Origin: a virus
Lineage: Duplodnaviria > Caudoviricetes
Length of the DNA: 45,178 nt
Reading direction: 5' to 3' (one strand)
IMG/VR virus record: IMGVR_UViG_3300040733_000068
Span: 1 to 45,178 of that record
Numbering within the stretch: the stretch's first letter is position 1; every line of letters starts with the position of its first letter. Under the pieces are notes generated by a model. The model saw only the letters and a program-made list of their open reading frames with translations, was not told the DNA's origin and searched no databases. Made by a program: the position numbers and the translations under genes. Shown piece after piece: positions 44,566-45,178 of this stretch.

Positions 44566-44859
44566 ATGGCGCGGCCCCGAAAAGATATTGATGTAGAAGG
44601 ATCATGGTCGGTCCCCACCCGTTTTGATCGGAACGATATCGAATGGATTGACCAGGAGATGAAAGAGAGGGGCTACAACTCGCGAGCCGAGGTGGTGAGG
44701 GAGTGCGTGAAGTTTACCCGGTGGTCCCGCGAGTTCAAGCGAGCGACGAAAGACGAGATTTCCTCGATTCTCGCTGATCCTGCCATGGCTGATGAATTTG
44801 CTCAGAAGGTCACATCGCAGGTTCTCAAGCAGATTCGGGATCGTCTTCCGCAAGAATAA
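44566..44859 (+). CDS. Ribbon-helix-helix (CopG/NikR-like) repressor
   Basis: SVPTRFDRNDIEWIDQEMKERGYNSRAEVVRECVK is a classic RHH. Confidence 0.85.
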   Translation: MARPRKDIDVEGSWSVPTRFDRNDIEWIDQEMKERGYNSRAEVVRECVKFTRWSREFKRATKDEISSILADPAMADEFAQKVTSQVLKQIRDRLPQE

Positions 44860-45178
44860 TCACGGAATCGTTCATTTTCACCCCGCGATCAGCACTAATT
44901 TTTATACCCCCGATGTATTTCCTACCATGGAACAGGACCCCCCCTCCCCTGAACCTTCTGTATCCGATATACTGGTACAGATGATCGCGGATCGTGTGGT
45001 GACAAAACTCTTCGAGGAGTTTGAAATACTATCGAGAAACTAAGAAGGAAAATTGACCCTTTTTTCCGGTCAAGTGGCCAGTTAAGGGAAAGGATCGGCA
45101 ATAAAAAAATCATGCCCATATTTTTTTATAGAACCATAATGCACCTGTACAGACATAGGTGTGATCCGCATGGCGCAG

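Larger units (their letters stand above)
1..45178. mobile_element. Archaeal tailed virus / provirus (siphovirus-like), both ends outside the window
   Basis: Ordered TerS-TerL-portal-minor head-protease/scaffold-MCP-neck-tail tube-TAC-TMP genes, plus a replication module and a divergent repressor pair; no sheath gene. Archaeal promoters and decayed IS fragments suggest a long integrated history. Confidence 0.93.

Noticed and set aside
1-45178. CRISPR array, DGR/retron reverse transcriptase, integrase/att sites, tail sheath
   Set aside because: No regularly spaced repeats, no RT motifs, no recombinase and no sheath-sized gene were seen. An integrase may lie beyond the right edge, where an ORF begins at about 45170.
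1-45178. Apparent abundance of GATC/CGATCG sites that might relate to the Dam-like MTase
   Set aside because: Could be explained by ATC/GAT/GAC codon preference. It needs a codon-controlled count that I cannot run, and the MTase specificity is unknown.

Overview
The whole window is part of an archaeal tailed (siphovirus-like, Caudoviricetes) temperate virus or provirus, most likely from a high-GC methanogen (Methanomicrobiales-like). That host call is an inference from BRE/TATA promoters, GGAGGTG SD sites, RHH regulators, a HEAT-repeat gene and ISH3/IS256/IS1595 remnants. Almost all viral genes are on the minus strand. Reading right to left: a divergent RHH/RHH switch (44.2-44.9 kb); many small early genes (HicB-fold, ASCH, Zn-finger micro-ORFs); a Holliday-junction resolvase; an SF3-like helicase followed by an iteron-flanked AT-rich putative origin; a beta-helix protein; a decayed cargo locus with a HEAT-repeat gene; a packaging operon (ParB-MTase, TerS, TerL, portal, dCMP deaminase, minor head protein, HTH); then a capsid/neck/tail operon ending in the tape-measure gene, which runs off the left edge. 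An AT-rich cargo island of about 11 kb (8.5-19.8 kb) splits the head module. It carries the most interesting element: a tightly coupled five-gene operon encoding a NurA nuclease, a HerA ATPase, a 53-aa protein, a hook-less Rad50/SMC-like ABC ATPase and a putative tandem winged-helix protein. It has no Mre11 and overlaps a convergent Dam-family methyltransferase, so it is a candidate undescribed defence system. Other notable signals are a 17-bp motif exactly 18 nt before the first start codon of both late operons and a putative +1 frameshift in the tail chaperone. No integrase, att site, tRNA, CRISPR array or reverse transcriptase is visible. All family calls come from motif recognition by eye, not from database searches.
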